Part shown: piece by piece, positions 49,240 through 62,031 of the stretch
Layout: each line of letters opens with the position of its first letter
Position numbering within the stretch: position 1 is the stretch's first letter
From: Octopus vulgaris
Taxonomy: Eukaryota
Direction of reading: 5' to 3'
Assembly (NCBI GenBank): GCA_951406725.2
Contig: OX597815.1
Coordinates: 51,894,001 to 51,958,000, forward strand
DNA: 64,000 nucleotides
The notes under the pieces: generated by a model
The model's database searches: none
Seen by the model: only the letters and a program-made list of their open reading frames with translations
Told to the model about the DNA's origin: nothing
Position numbers and translations under genes: made by a program

Positions 49240-50005
49240 GTAGGGATTAATCTCTCTTTGCTCCTTTGCGCCACATGGGCTCAACTCTCCTCCCCTCTTC
49301 ACCTAACCCTCCTCCTCTCTCCTCTCTTCCTTCCACACCTGCTTCCTCCCACCCATCTCTCCTCTCTTGCTCTGACACCTACTTCCTCTCTTCACTCCTA
49401 CCCACCTTCTCCCTTCCACCCTCTCCCTTCATTGTCACCCCCTCCCTCGTTACCCCACCCCTACACATTCCAACCCCACCATCCATACACACCACACCCC
49501 ATCCCACCCTTGCTTTCCCCACACCCAACACCACCACACCACACCACACACCACCTCATCACACACCACCTCATCACACACCACACCACATCACATCACA
49601 CCACCTCGCACACACTAGCACTGACCACTTCCCAGCACCCACACCATCATCCATACACCTACACATGTACACACACACATGTCAAGGTCACCAGCCCCCA
49701 TCCACATGCACATACATGCTCTCACATTCACACTCACGTGTACCTTTGTTTTGGGATCACCACTACTTTATTATCTCCCCTTATTCCTAACTCTCCTGTG
49801 TGACCCCTCTGCCTGGCATTCGCCATGATAGATCGTTAGCCACTAAACTTTTTTATTTTCTCTCCCTGTTTATTTCTGTGTTCCTTTCTGTTGAAGAGTG
49901 TAGGATTGAAACGTAAAAGACTTTCTCACTTCCCGAGCGTTAAACTAATACATCTGTTTATTGTTTACATACCTGTCTTCGTCTTTTGTTTTTTGTAAAT
50001 TCTCA

Positions 50006-50010
<5 letters not shown>
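49240..50010 (+). mobile_element. Penelope-like 3' terminus: C-rich low-complexity tract and minimal hammerhead-like motif
   Basis: Starts gggattaat (GIN, typical end of the PLE endonuclease); cttt CTGTTGA agag tgtagg att GAAAC GTA aaag at 49884-49919. Confidence 0.65.
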
Positions 50011-50039
<29 letters not shown>

Positions 50040-50041
<2 letters not shown>

Positions 50042-50400
50042 TGTGGCACTCCGTTGGTTATGACGACGAGGGTTCCAGTTGATCTGATCAACGAAGTCTG
50101 CTTGTGAAATTAATGTGCAAATGGCTGAGCACTCCACAGACACGTGTACCCTTAACGTGGTTCTTGGGGGAGATTCAGAGTGTGATAAGGCTGGCCCTTT
50201 GAAATACAGGTAGAACAGAAACAGGAAGAAAGAGTGAGAGAAAGTTGTGGTGAAAGAGTTCAGCAGGGTTCGCCACCCCTCTCCCTGTCAGAGCCTTGTG
50301 GAGCTTTAGGTGTTTTCACTCAATAAACACTCATAATGCCCAGTTTGGGTATCGAAACCACAAGTCTCCTGCCCTAACCACTGGGCCATTGTACCTCCTA
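50040..50400 (-). mobile_element. SINE
   Basis: - strand head taggaggtacaatggcccagtggttagggcag..ggtttcgataccc (A/B boxes). Confidence 0.8.
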
Positions 50401-50518
50401 TATATATGTATGTATGTATGTATGTATTAAAAAAAGCAAAAAATAAATGATAGTGTCCAGTAGTTGGTTCAGTATGCTGACCACAGGAATTTCTGTTCAG
50501 GAAAGTTGTACATCATCT

Positions 50519-50588
<70 letters not shown>

Positions 50589-50914
50589 TACTCACTCTTT
50601 CCCTCTCTCTTATTATTATTCCCGTTGCCATCATCAACACTACTACTTTTAATAAAACATTATGAACTCTCCCTAAATTTCTTTGTTTCTCTTTTTCTCC
50701 TCTTTCTCTTTCTCTCTTGCTCCATCCCTGTCTTCACCCCCACACTCACCATCTCTATGCTTACTGTTACTCTCACTCCAGTACAAGGAAGTGTCATTGA
50801 ATAATGAAAGAGGTGGGTCAAAGTGAGACACACTGACACACAGAAATTAGTTTTTGCATCAATTATATCAGATGTGTGTGTGTGTATGTATTCTTTTATT
50901 CTTTTATGTGTTTC

Positions 50915-51460
50915 AGCCAAAAGGCTGCAGATATGCTGGGGGCACTACTAGTATTATCAATTTTCAATGACCATTCTTGAGTGATTGGCTTTCGGTGAAA
51001 GTGAGAGTTCAATATTGCTGCCCACTTTTGAGTTTCTTTCAGTGATGTAGGTTCATCTAGGACCTTGGACAGCAGGAGGTCAATTGTTTCTTGATGCAAT
51101 CATCTTGATGTAGCACTACTGAATTGTCTCAAGTTCTACAATTAATTTGACACTGTGGGATGACCACAGCTGAGAGCTGTAGTTTAGGCAGCTGAGGACA
51201 AATGTCCTTTATAGAACCAGCATAGTTTCTTTGTCCCTTATTTTGAAAGTTCTCAGAATCCATCTTGCCATTCACTTGCATATTGCCACCATCTTGGGGA
51301 TATGTACATAGTGTGAGGCATTGTTGCTCATATCAATCCCCAGATCATGCACTGCACTTGACTCTGGGATTGCTGCTCCTTTTGGTCCAAAGTATCTTTG
51401 TTGCATCATGTTAGTGCAAGCTGGCTGTCAGGAGAGGGCTTGCAATTTTCCTGCATTAAA
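50915..51460 (-). mobile_element. CR1-type LINE 3' fragment
   Basis: AVHDLGIDMS, WILRTFK, FVLSCLNYSSQLWS; C-terminal LDEPTSLKETQ. Confidence 0.8.
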
Positions 51461-52504
51461 TTACATTGTTTTTTTTCAGCTCAATTATATATGTAATCAA
51501 GATCTTTCTGTTGAAGGTTAGCATCAAAAAGTATGTATATATATGTATGTGTGTATATATATGACTGTATATTGATATCCATATGGATATGTGTGTATGT
51601 GTGATAATGGGGATCAGTTTTTCTTTCAAACATATATCAATCACATGTTCGAGTTTGATGCTTTTTTATGTATGATTTTTCAAATTCTCATATTAGTCTA
51701 TTATGTTTAGTTTTGGAATTGAAACATTCCTAAATCCATAAGTATATTAGTGTACGAAGATATTACTGGTCTCATCATCAGAATAAACGCATGGCAATAA
51801 TGACTTGTATGTGTGCTTTGTAATATGCTGGAAAGGCTCATGAGAATACTGATGTAACTGATAAAATCAGCTTCATCAGATTTTAAAATTATATAACTGT
51901 AAGTCCGGATAGATTTCAGGAATTACTTTATATCTGTTGATTTTTGGTTTGTATTTTGCTATTAGTAAGGCTTCCATGGTTATTCTTCTCATATTTCATG
52001 GAAGTCCATATAAAATTGTGCTGTCGACTAATATTTTTTACTTTTGTTATAGTTCATTGTAGGCATGTAATAATTAATAAATGTTTCCTTGTCGAGCCAT
52101 GCCAAGCTCATGAGGGCTGGTTTGCTGGTTTCAATGGTATATGTATTCCCCACTTGGTTGGGACACCAGTCCGTAGCAGGATTACTAATTTTTGTCAGCT
52201 GAGTGGACTGGAGCAACATGAAATGAAGAACACAACGCGTTGCCCGGTCCAGGTATTGAAACCACATTCCTACAGATAATAAAGTGTCACACATTCATGC
52301 ATGCATGCACTCTACCCCAGTAATTTAAAGTTTTTAAACTTACAGTATTACATGTATGAGATTCTAATGTACATATGTATTTAGTATTTTCCCTCATCCA
52401 TATAATTGATTTATACACACACGACTCTCTTCCTCTTACACATACACTTGCTCATATATACACATATGTATATGTGTATGTGGGTGTATATAGATGTATG
52501 TAAA

Positions 52505-52542
<38 letters not shown>

Positions 52543-52544
<2 letters not shown>

Positions 52545-52629
52545 TATAATTAAGGGTTTAGCAAAAAGTTGCTTCACCAAATTTTCGGTATGTGGTGAAG
52601 CAACTTTTTGCTAAACCCTTAATTATATT
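52543..52629. repeat. Perfect 37-bp inverted repeat with 13-nt loop
   Basis: aatataattaagggtttagcaaaaagttgcttcacca / tggtgaagcaactttttgctaaacccttaattatatt. Confidence 0.95.
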
Positions 52630-52744
52630 TATAATTATAAAAAAAAGCTTACGTATAAGTTTTTACCGATAATGGTTTTTATCCATACCGAAGCTACTTG
52701 GTGAGATTTGTTAATTATTAAATTAATAATTTTTTACTCTATAT

Positions 52745-52785
<41 letters not shown>

Positions 52786-52830
52786 TATATAGTATACCCA
52801 TAACCCCTATCTTACTTTGTATATATATAT

Positions 52831-52926
52831 AGTATATTTGCCACTTAAATGTGGCTAACCCTTAAGGGGGATGCTACTGTAGCATCCACCCTTAAGTGTT
52901 AGTCACATTTAAGTGACAAATATACT
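52831..52926. repeat. ~47-bp near-perfect palindrome with 1-nt loop
   Basis: agtatatttgccacttaaatgtggctaacccttaagggggatgctac t gtagcatccacccttaagtgttagtcacatttaagtgacaaatatact. Confidence 0.95.
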
Positions 52927-55169
52927 TCACGATGTTGTGCAGCTTCTGTTTATACCTCGCTCAAAGATTTACAATTGCTTATATATATATATATATATAT
53001 TTTATATTATATTGAGGGTACTACTATTCGTAGATACCAACACGCTAAGAGGGACCAATGCGGTCAAAACTACTAAAAATAAACAAAATTTTACCGAATG
53101 CAAAACTATATATATATATATAGTAAAATAAGGATTCAGACAGAATGAGGTACTTGAACAGATATGCACCAGGTAGGATTGGATAAACCTGTGGATCTGG
53201 TCTATGGTTAGTAGGTATCAAATAGGATATTCTGGTTGTGTACTTAGAGAAAACCAACCCTATGAGTATTTAGCACCTAGGGGCTTGCCCAAAGCATGTG
53301 TTACATTGAATTGTACATTGTGAGTATATTCTAGGGTGTCTGACAAGTCGTAAATCCCTTTGGTGTATTATAATCAAATGAATAATAACATATGATGTAT
53401 AATTGGCAGCTCATTACAGCTGTTTCTTGCGCATCTTTTTACTAGAAGAATGAGAACATTACTCCATTACGAAAAACTGTAATCATTAGATGGAACGTAA
53501 TTTTACAAACAAAAGATTATCCAAAGAATGCAGCAGGGACTTTGCTGAAGTCTGTTGAGACCAACTATGAAATGGGAGAATGACCAACAAAGTTGGCAAT
53601 GTAATGAGCTGACAATTATCCATTGTATGTTGTTATTAGTCATTTGATATATATATATATGATATATATATATATGTATATATATATATATGCACTTAAA
53701 CATATGGTCACACACATATTGTTTGCCTTATACTGTATTTAAGAAATGTCATTCAATTTAGTGTTAGCTGTTGTTTTATGTGATGTCTAAGTTTGTGGAA
53801 AGCAGAAACATATAAGGCATTTGGAAAGCTTGTTGTCTATTTTTTGTTTCCTCAGTTTCTGTGAGAGATAAGTGTCCATTTCCTTTGTCATGGAAACAAA
53901 TGTTCTCATGGTTAAGATGCCAGTCTATCACAGGTTAATGAGCTGGCAGAATCATTAGCACACTGAGTGAAATGCTTAGTGGTATTTTGTCTGCCGCTAC
54001 ATTCTGAGTTCAAATTTCTGCCGAGGTCAACTTTGCTTTTCATCCTTTCGGGGTCGATTAAATAAGTACCAGGTATGCACTGGCATCGATGTAATCAACA
54101 TAATTCCTTTGTCTGTCCTTGTTTGTCTCCACTATGTTTAGCCCCTTGTGGGGAATAAAGAAATAAATATCCTAAGATAATCTGGCATCATTTTTTCTTG
54201 ATATCTTAGTGAACTGAGGTAACATAGAATAAAGTACCCGATTCAGAAGTACATCAGTAGATTTGAACTTATGTACATGTAGTATCATGCTTTATCTTCT
54301 ATTTTAACTCTACTTGGCATTTAAGTCATCATGGAATTATCAGATATATGTATCAGATATATCAGACTTACATACAGTTTAACTTTTTAAATACTAATTC
54401 TATGAAACAAAACCTAATGCTTTGAAATGTTCATACTTAAAGTAAAACCTCTGAACATAACTTTAAGCATAGTTTCTTTTGTTATGTTCTAAAGATCAAA
54501 TTATTTATGACAATGTTGGTTATTTTACTAAATGCCAACAAATTCTTACATATTTTGAAAATGAATTAAGTCATAGGTAGTGTATTTCTTTAGAAATATG
54601 GTCAGGAAAAAGCTAAAAGTACAGTATTTAATGGCATTGCAACATGGGAAATATTTAAAACGGGAAAATTTATTGAATGTGTAAAGGGAAGAGTATTGAA
54701 TGAACACTGTTAGGCTAATATATCATCTGGGAATTAAAGGTACTAAACATTATGAGTAAAAAGTAAATCTAACATAGTAAGGGATATATGTGAGAAAAAT
54801 GTTAGAATAAAATTGGGTCAACAAATGTTGGTATCAGTTGACAGTAATCATTATGAAGATAATATAGCACAGGAAGAAATTTGAAACAATGTAACTTTAT
54901 ATTTGAATGACAGGGAATAGGCAGATAGAAACTGTTTAATAGATTAGGCTAACATACGCAAGTTTAATTCATGTAAGTATGGAAAAGCTAATGCACTAAT
55001 TAACAGTCAAATAACAATAATTATGAAGAAATTTCAAAATTTTTTTCATGTTTATATGTTTTCTTTATTACAATTGTATTCAGTAGATAAATACTATTTC
55101 ATAAGTAAATGAAGGGATTTACAGATTTTAGTGTGTTTTGTTTGACTGGGCTGAATGAACCCTCCTAAT

Positions 55170-55380
55170 TGTAGGAATTAGCATAAAGACCGATATCTTC
55201 TGTTGCTTTTACAATTTCATGTTAAAAGATGATGGCTTCTGAGATGGCATCAACAATGAGAGTGATACCATCAGCATAATTTGCATCTGATGTTGTGTTT
55301 GGATGACGAGGTAGAGATGGGTTTCATTAGAGTCCACCTAACTTCTTTAATATTGTCATTTGAAATGCAAAAGATGGAGT
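55170..55380 (-). pseudogene. LINE RT fragment (RTE-X-like)
   Basis: SDANYADGITLIVDAISEA..EIVKATEDIGLYAN (YADD region). Confidence 0.7.
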
Positions 55381-55384
55381 CCAG

Positions 55385-56500
55385 GCAGATGTCAAAGAAA
55401 GCTTTCATCTTGTTGGCCAAATTATCATCATCAGATACTGGTTCCTAGTCAAGTGTTTTTCTATGTTGGGGAACAGATGGAGCCAAATCAAGAGAATAGG
55501 GAGGCTGACCAACCTGTTCAGAGCTGCAGTCACACACAGCTGCCATTGAAACCAAGGACTTGTGTGCTGGAGCATTGTCCTGATGAAACAAGACCCCTTT
55601 CATTAGTTTTCTTGGGCGTCTGGTTTTTATAACCTTTTCTAACTGCCTCAGCAAGTTGACAAGGTACTCTCCATTGATGGTGTGACCCTTTTCAAGATAG
55701 TCAGTAAACACAATCCCAAAAAACTGAGGCCATCATCTTCCCTACAGATGAAATGATGGCTTCTTTTGGAGCAAGTGAGGAGGGTGTTTCCACTGCATGA
55801 ATTGTCTTTTTGTCTCTGGCTCAAAATGATGAACTCAGCACTCATCCTGGGTGAGGAAATGTTCAAGGAAACCAGCTGGATCTGCATCAAGCAATGTCAG
55901 ATTTTCCTGTGATGTGATCAGCCTGGTGTGCGTTTAATGATGTATCAGAAGATGTGGTACCTACTAAGCAGAAACCTTCACCATGCCAAGTTCATTGTGC
56001 AGAATATTCTCAACTCTCTCAAGAGATATGCTAATAGAATTGACTATTTGATTTATAGTCAATCACTTGTCATCCATCATCATGTGGTGAACATAGTCAA
56101 TGTTTTCCTCATTGGTGGTAGTTATAGCATGTCCAAACCTTGGGTCTTCTTCACAATTCACCCTTCAACTCCTAAATTCATTTGCCCACTTTTGAAAACT
56201 TGGTAGAACTGGAGTGTCAGCTGCTAATGTAGTAACGATGTCAGCATGAATGCCCTTGGGGCCTAAACCCTTTCTCTGCAAGTTCTTGATGACACCAAAA
56301 TGTCAAATTTTGTTAATTTTCAAGAAAAGTCACAACTAATTACTTTTGAAGTCTTCTTTGAACAGGCCAAATATCAGTTTACCTGGGAAGAAACAATGCA
56401 GTTATTAATAAAAAGAGTTGAAATTAATGAATGCAAGATTTCACAGCTCTAGCATCACTTATTCATATTCAGCCTCTGAACTTTTCAACCCACTCTCATA
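55385..56500 (-). mobile_element. Mariner element body, decayed transposase
   Basis: DYLEKGHTINGEY, VLFHQDNAPAHKS, QPPYSLDLAPS; 5' TIR tatgagagtgggttgaaaagttc. Confidence 0.93.
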
Positions 56501-56607
56501 CCCGCCAGAGACCCCAATTTTTGACATTTCTTCAATATCTATCTGCACTCCATCTTTTGTATTTCAAATGACAATATTAAAGAAGTTAGTTTCACTCTAA
56601 TGAAATC

Positions 56608-56723
56608 CACTGGAAGAAGTGAGTAGACTGCAAGGGGGACTATGTTGAAAAATAAACCTCATTTGGTGTCATTCCATGAGAGTATCTTGGTCATCTTATG
56701 AACTTTTCAGCTGGCTCTCATTA
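56608..56723 (+). mobile_element. Mariner C-terminus and 3' TIR, opposite orientation to the body
   Basis: HWKK*VDCKGDYVEK* then gaacttttcagctggctctcatta. Confidence 0.85.
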
Positions 56724-56849
56724 TCATACTTTAGATTCCTTGATTTTGTAGAACATCATTACTGCTGCCATTACTTCTTGATGTACACTGCTTGTAAAAA
56801 GAATTTGTTGCATTTTGCCTTGAGGGTGAATGAATTTGTCTTACAAATA

Positions 56850-57170
56850 CACGAGCTATTCTTGATATCCTTAGCATCATCAGGAAGTCATCATTACAAA
56901 GAAAAAGCATCTGACCAAACAAAAATTCTATGATAATTTTGCAATCACTGAAGTTATTAGGGAGAAATGCAGACATTTTGCAGGATATTATTGGAGAGTT
57001 AAGAAAGAAATTAATGATGCACTCTTGTTGATGTGCAACATTGATATAAATGGGTTAGCCCATCTAGCAAAACCTTCATCAACCAGCTATGTCAAGATAC
57101 TGGGTGTTGCTCTGCTGACCTTCTGAATACTGTGTGAAGTTGTGATGAGTGGCATGAGTGAGTTAAGCAA
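56850..57170 (+). pseudogene. LINE C-terminal relic (RTE-X-like)
   Basis: HFAGYYWRVKKEINDALL, KTFINQLCQDTGC. Confidence 0.6.
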
Positions 57171-57346
57171 ATTCAAAAAAAGTTTGACCAGATGTAAAGG
57201 CGATGCTATTTTACTATTTGTCTCTCTTTTAATGGCACTATTCCTAAGCTTGCTCCCATTGGACATCCATATATAAACAGTCATGTTTGTTGCATCTTTA
57301 AATTAAATCATCACATCAATTCTATAGATTGTTTGATTAGTTCTAT

Positions 57347-57540
57347 ACTCCTTTAGCGTTTAAACTGGCCATACCTGGTGCAAAAGCTCTACCTGTTTGA
57401 CATTCAAACTAGTCAGATCTGGTTTTGCACACCTACCCTATAATGTCATTCAAAAACTAAACACCAAAATGTCAATGTTATGAGATAATGCATTAAAAAC
57501 ATTAAATTTGACAGCATAATCTGAATGCTAAAGGATTAAA
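57347..57540. mobile_element. piggyBac-type MITE (TTAA-ending); second copy at 62057-62283
   Basis: cctttagcgtttaaactggccat...atctgaatgctaaagg(a/g)ttaa. Confidence 0.7.
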
Positions 57541-60046
57541 TGTACAATGTGAACAATATAAAGAATACTGGAGATCACTTATCAAATCAAATCATTACCC
57601 AGGAAATATATATGATAAAAAATGTTTTTAAACCATAATATCTGTTATAGTCTTTTATCTTTTATGTATTTCACTCATTGGATTGTAGCCATGCCAAGGC
57701 ACTGCCTTGAAGAATTTAGTTGAACAGTTTTTATCATACTAAAGTACTTATTTTTTTTTCATGTCTTGTACTTATTCTATTGGTTTCTTTTGTAAAACTG
57801 TGAAGTCACAGGGACATATACAAATCAGCTCTAGTTGTCAAGCAGTGATGGAGGACAAACACAAAGCCATCCGTACACATATATGTATACAACAGACTCC
57901 CACATAGTTTTTTGTCTACCAAATATACTCGCAAGGCATCAGTCAGTCCAAGGCTATAGTAAAAGACACTTGCCCAAGGTGCTGCTCAGTGAGAATGAAC
58001 CTGAAACCATGTGGTTGCAAAGTGAGCTTCTCACCCACACAGCCATGCCTGTGCCTATGATGAACAGACTAGAATTATTTTCATACCACTACAATTCACA
58101 TTGGAAAAAAGTTTTCAGTTGCTAATCATATAGTACTAGACAAAATTTAGTAATGAAAGAATAATATAAGCTCCTTTACAATGTAGAAAGTGGGTTATGG
58201 TTGTCATCTTACATTCCATACCTTTCATTTTAGATAACATTAATCTGTCTAAATGTAAAAAACAAACAAACCCAGAACAACAACAAACAAAAAATTCGAA
58301 ATCTTGAGAAATGTTAAAAGCTTTTGAGTGTAGGTGTATTATAATAAGTATAGTGTTTAATAATCATACTGTTAGATAAAAAGAAAACCTGTTATAATCA
58401 TTACCATAATCATCAACATTGTTATGGAAAATGACCTTATTTGATATATAGGAAAGGAAAAGAAGTTGAGAGAAATTTGATACTTGTATTCTCAATGTAT
58501 AGTCAAAATAAAATGTTTTCAGAGACATTTTGTAAAACTGCATAATGTTTTCAACAAGTTGAAATAACTCTAAAATAATAAATCTGACTGAAAATCTACA
58601 ATGCTAAAAAAGAGAAAAAAATAAAGGAACTTAACCAAATAGACTATTCCTTAATGTTCTCCAAGATAACAAAAGTTGTTAATAAATTCTCACTGTTTTA
58701 AAATATTATACTATGTGCAGGCTTTAGCCTGCAAATATTTAGGCTGAGCAACTTGACAAAAAAAAAAAAAAATTAAAGCAACCTAAGACATGCAAAAAAG
58801 CTGATAGTATTTCTTTCACATATTCTTAATTCTGCCTCTGCTGCAGTTTAATATTCCTGGCAGTGACACTTAACTTTTGCTGACCCAGCCCATCTGTCTT
58901 TGATGACTGACTCGTTGACTTGCAACACAGTGGTCATATACTACCATGCTTTATAACTTAAGACAGCACTGTTCAGAAGACAGCAAAGCTGGCTGCCCTT
59001 AATAGTTTAATGTATTACAAAAACAACATCATAAAGACTGGCTCTCTTCTTCAAACCAAAAACAAAAACAAAAATCACCAACACCTACTAATCCTCTACA
59101 AAGCTTAGGTGAAATCCACAATGGAGTACTGCTTCCATGACTAGGGAAGTGGTTTTATAATACACATTTGGCAGATTGGTATAAAATTACTCAACACACT
59201 CTCACCTCTGACCAACAGACATACTTTCTCTTCTCTACCTTTTCTACCACAACTACAGTGGTCTTTGTTCTTCAGATCTGGCTGGTATCATTTGACTGCC
59301 TCTAAAGCATTCCTAACATATTTATCTCCCCTCCTCTTGTCACCTTCCCTAACTCTGCCTTATTCACTATGTTGTATCCTTGCTTCCAGAATGTTGACCC
59401 TCTTGAATTCACTCCATGCATGTGTTTTTCTATGGCTGTTAACTTGCAACTACTCATGAGAAATATTGGTTTCAAATTTTGGCACAAGGCCAGAAATTTC
59501 GGGTCGAAGCAGAAAATTGATTGTATTGATCCCAGTGCTCAACTGGTACTTATTTTATTGACTGTGAAAGAATGAAAGGCAAAGTCAACCCTGGCAGTGT
59601 TTGAACTCAGAATGTTAAATCAGAAAAAAATGCTGCTAAGCATTTTATCTGGCACAAATGAATCTGCCAGCTTGCTGCCTTATTCATGAGAAATATTAAC
59701 TGCATCAATCTCACCAACCTTGGGTGGCTTGCAGTGGCCATGGCCATAGCCTGTTCTTCCAGATAATTCATTAAAAGAAAAGAAAAAGAGGAAATTATTT
59801 TGATTGATGACTGATGACAGAAAATATGAACAAGTTGATAATGTAATTTAAAACTTTGATTGATATTCCCATGCTTTTGATCATGATAAACATTTAGACT
59901 AATGATATAATTTACTATTTAGTAAAGGAAATAAAGTAAAGTATATACTTATACTTTAAAATATTGAGTAATAAGTGGTAAATATTGAGCAAGTTTTGCA
60001 CTGAATGTTTTACATCATTCACTTCACAATACAGAAAAAAAGCCAC

Positions 60047-60440
60047 AAGCATGGCTGTGTAGTAAGAAGCTTGTTTCCCAACCACATGATGCTAGATTGA
60101 ATCCCACTACATGGCACTTTGGGCAGGTGTCTTCTACTAAAGCCTTGAGCTGACCAAAACCTTGTGAGTGGATTTGGTAGACAGAAACTGAAGGAAGCTC
60201 ATTGTATATATATATGTGTGTGTGTGTTTGTGTCTGTATTTGTTCTTCAGTACTGCTTGACAACTAGTGCTGGTGTGTTTATGTCCCTGTAACTTAGCAA
60301 TTTGGCAAAAGAGACCGATAGAATAAATATCAGGCTTAACATAATGTAAGTAATGGGGTCGATTCATTGAACTAAAAATTCTTCAAGGTGGTGCCCCAGC
60401 CTGGCCACAATCTAATGACTGAAACAAGTAAAAAAAGATA
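60047..60440 (+). mobile_element. Near full-length tRNA-head SINE
   Basis: Head, (TA)(TG) spacer and 3' body all present. Confidence 0.88.
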
Positions 60441-60799
60441 ACATTGATATACTAGTAGTGGAGCAAAATCTTTAGTATAGGAGTAAGATCTTTGATACTC
60501 AATTTCCATCCAACTTTTGTGAACTGCTCTTTTGGCTGATTAAAGCAATATTATATCTTTGAAACCAACAATGCCATTTAATAACTGTCTCATTGGTGTC
60601 AGATTAAAACGAAAGAAAGGAACAATTAATGGTAAAAATAAAATTTTGTCCAAGAAATAGTTTTGCAACCCTTGTTTTTATTTGCATCCTTTTGTTTCTT
60701 TCTTCAGACATGAAATTATTTCACACAAGTACAATAAACAAAATTACTTGTAATATATATATATCTTCTGTTTATATATATATTGGTGTTTATCATTAT

Positions 60800-61157
60800 T
60801 ATTATCTTTCAGTAGTCTTATTTTTATCACGTGCTTTCACTGCACTACTGAGCACAGCTCTGTGTGCCTTGGGTTTGTGCTGTGGTTTGTTGTGATGCTC
60901 TTATTGAAAGTGTTTTACGTAGAATGTGTGCAGTGCCTAGTAGTGCTATTTTCTGTATGTTATATATATTTGTTAGTCCTGGTGTTTTTGTTATGTATTT
61001 GTCTGAATATTTTTTTATCATACCTGATGTGCCTACTATGATAGGAATTGTTTCTGCTTTTAGACTCCACAATTGAATTATCTCTATTTCCAGGTCTTCA
61101 TATTTTGAAAGTTTCTCCATTTCTTTTAGAGAAATGTCATCATCTGTTAGCATTGAT
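60800..61157 (-). mobile_element. R4/Dong-clade LINE 3' fragment (restriction-like endonuclease C-terminus)
   Basis: EKLSKYEDLEIEIIQLWSLKAETIPIIVGTSGMIKK..IQKIALLGTAHILRKTLS; embedded in (TAA)n. Confidence 0.88.
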
Positions 61158-61251
61158 TATTCTTATTCTTATTATTATTATGATTATTATTATTCTTATT
61201 ATTATTATTATGATTATTATTATTGTTATTATTATCATGATTATTATTATT

Positions 61252-61930
61252 CAGGTGGCAAGCTGGCAGACACGTTAGCATGCTGGGCAAAATGCTTAGT
61301 GGCATTTTGTCTGTCCTTACATTCTGAGTTCAAATTCCACTGGGGTGACTTTGTCTTTCATTCTTTCACGGTCAGTAAAATAAGTACCAGTTGAGTACTT
61401 TGGTTGATGTAATTGACTTACACCTTACCCCAAAATTGCTGGTTTTGTGCCAAAATTTGAAATCACTATTATTATTCTGTATATTAATAAAGTGGCAAGT
61501 TGACAGAATCATTAGCACATTAGACCAACTGTATGACAGCATTTTGTATGTTTTTACAATCTGAATTCAAATTCCACTGAAGTTGACTTTACCTTTCATC
61601 CTTTTGAGGTCAATAAAACAAGTACCAGTTGATCACTGGGGTTGATGCAACTGACTTACCCCCTTTCCCTAAATCCCAGGCCTTGTGCCTACAGCAGAAA
61701 GGATTATTGTTATTATTAAGGTCATGAGCTGGCAGAATCATTAGCACACTGGACAAAATGCTTTGAGGTATGTCCTCTGGCTTTACATTTTGAGTTCAAA
61801 TTCTGACAAGGTTGACTTTGCCTTTTGTTCTTTTTGGGTTGATAAAACCAGTTGAGCACGGGGGGTTGCTGTATTAGACCCAATTCCCAACATTTCAGGT
61901 CCAGTGCCTATAGAAGAAAATATTATTATA
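61252..61930 (+). repeat. Array of three tRNA-derived SINE units separated by (ATT)n
   Basis: Units start at ~61252, ~61490 and ~61718; same family as 8660-10272. Confidence 0.9.
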
Positions 61931-61971
61931 ATATGTGTGTGTGTGTATTTGTATTTGTGTGTGTGTGTGTT

Positions 61972-62031
<60 letters not shown>

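Larger units (their letters stand above)
48569..50872 (-). repeat. Two head-to-tail copies of a ~585-bp Helitron-like non-autonomous unit; second copy interrupted
   Basis: atgtttaattttgg..actgtatttcaattaaagtgtat at 48568 and 49153; gatagtgt..ccacaggaatttctgt..acagaaatta at 48727-49152 and 50449-50872. Confidence 0.75.
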
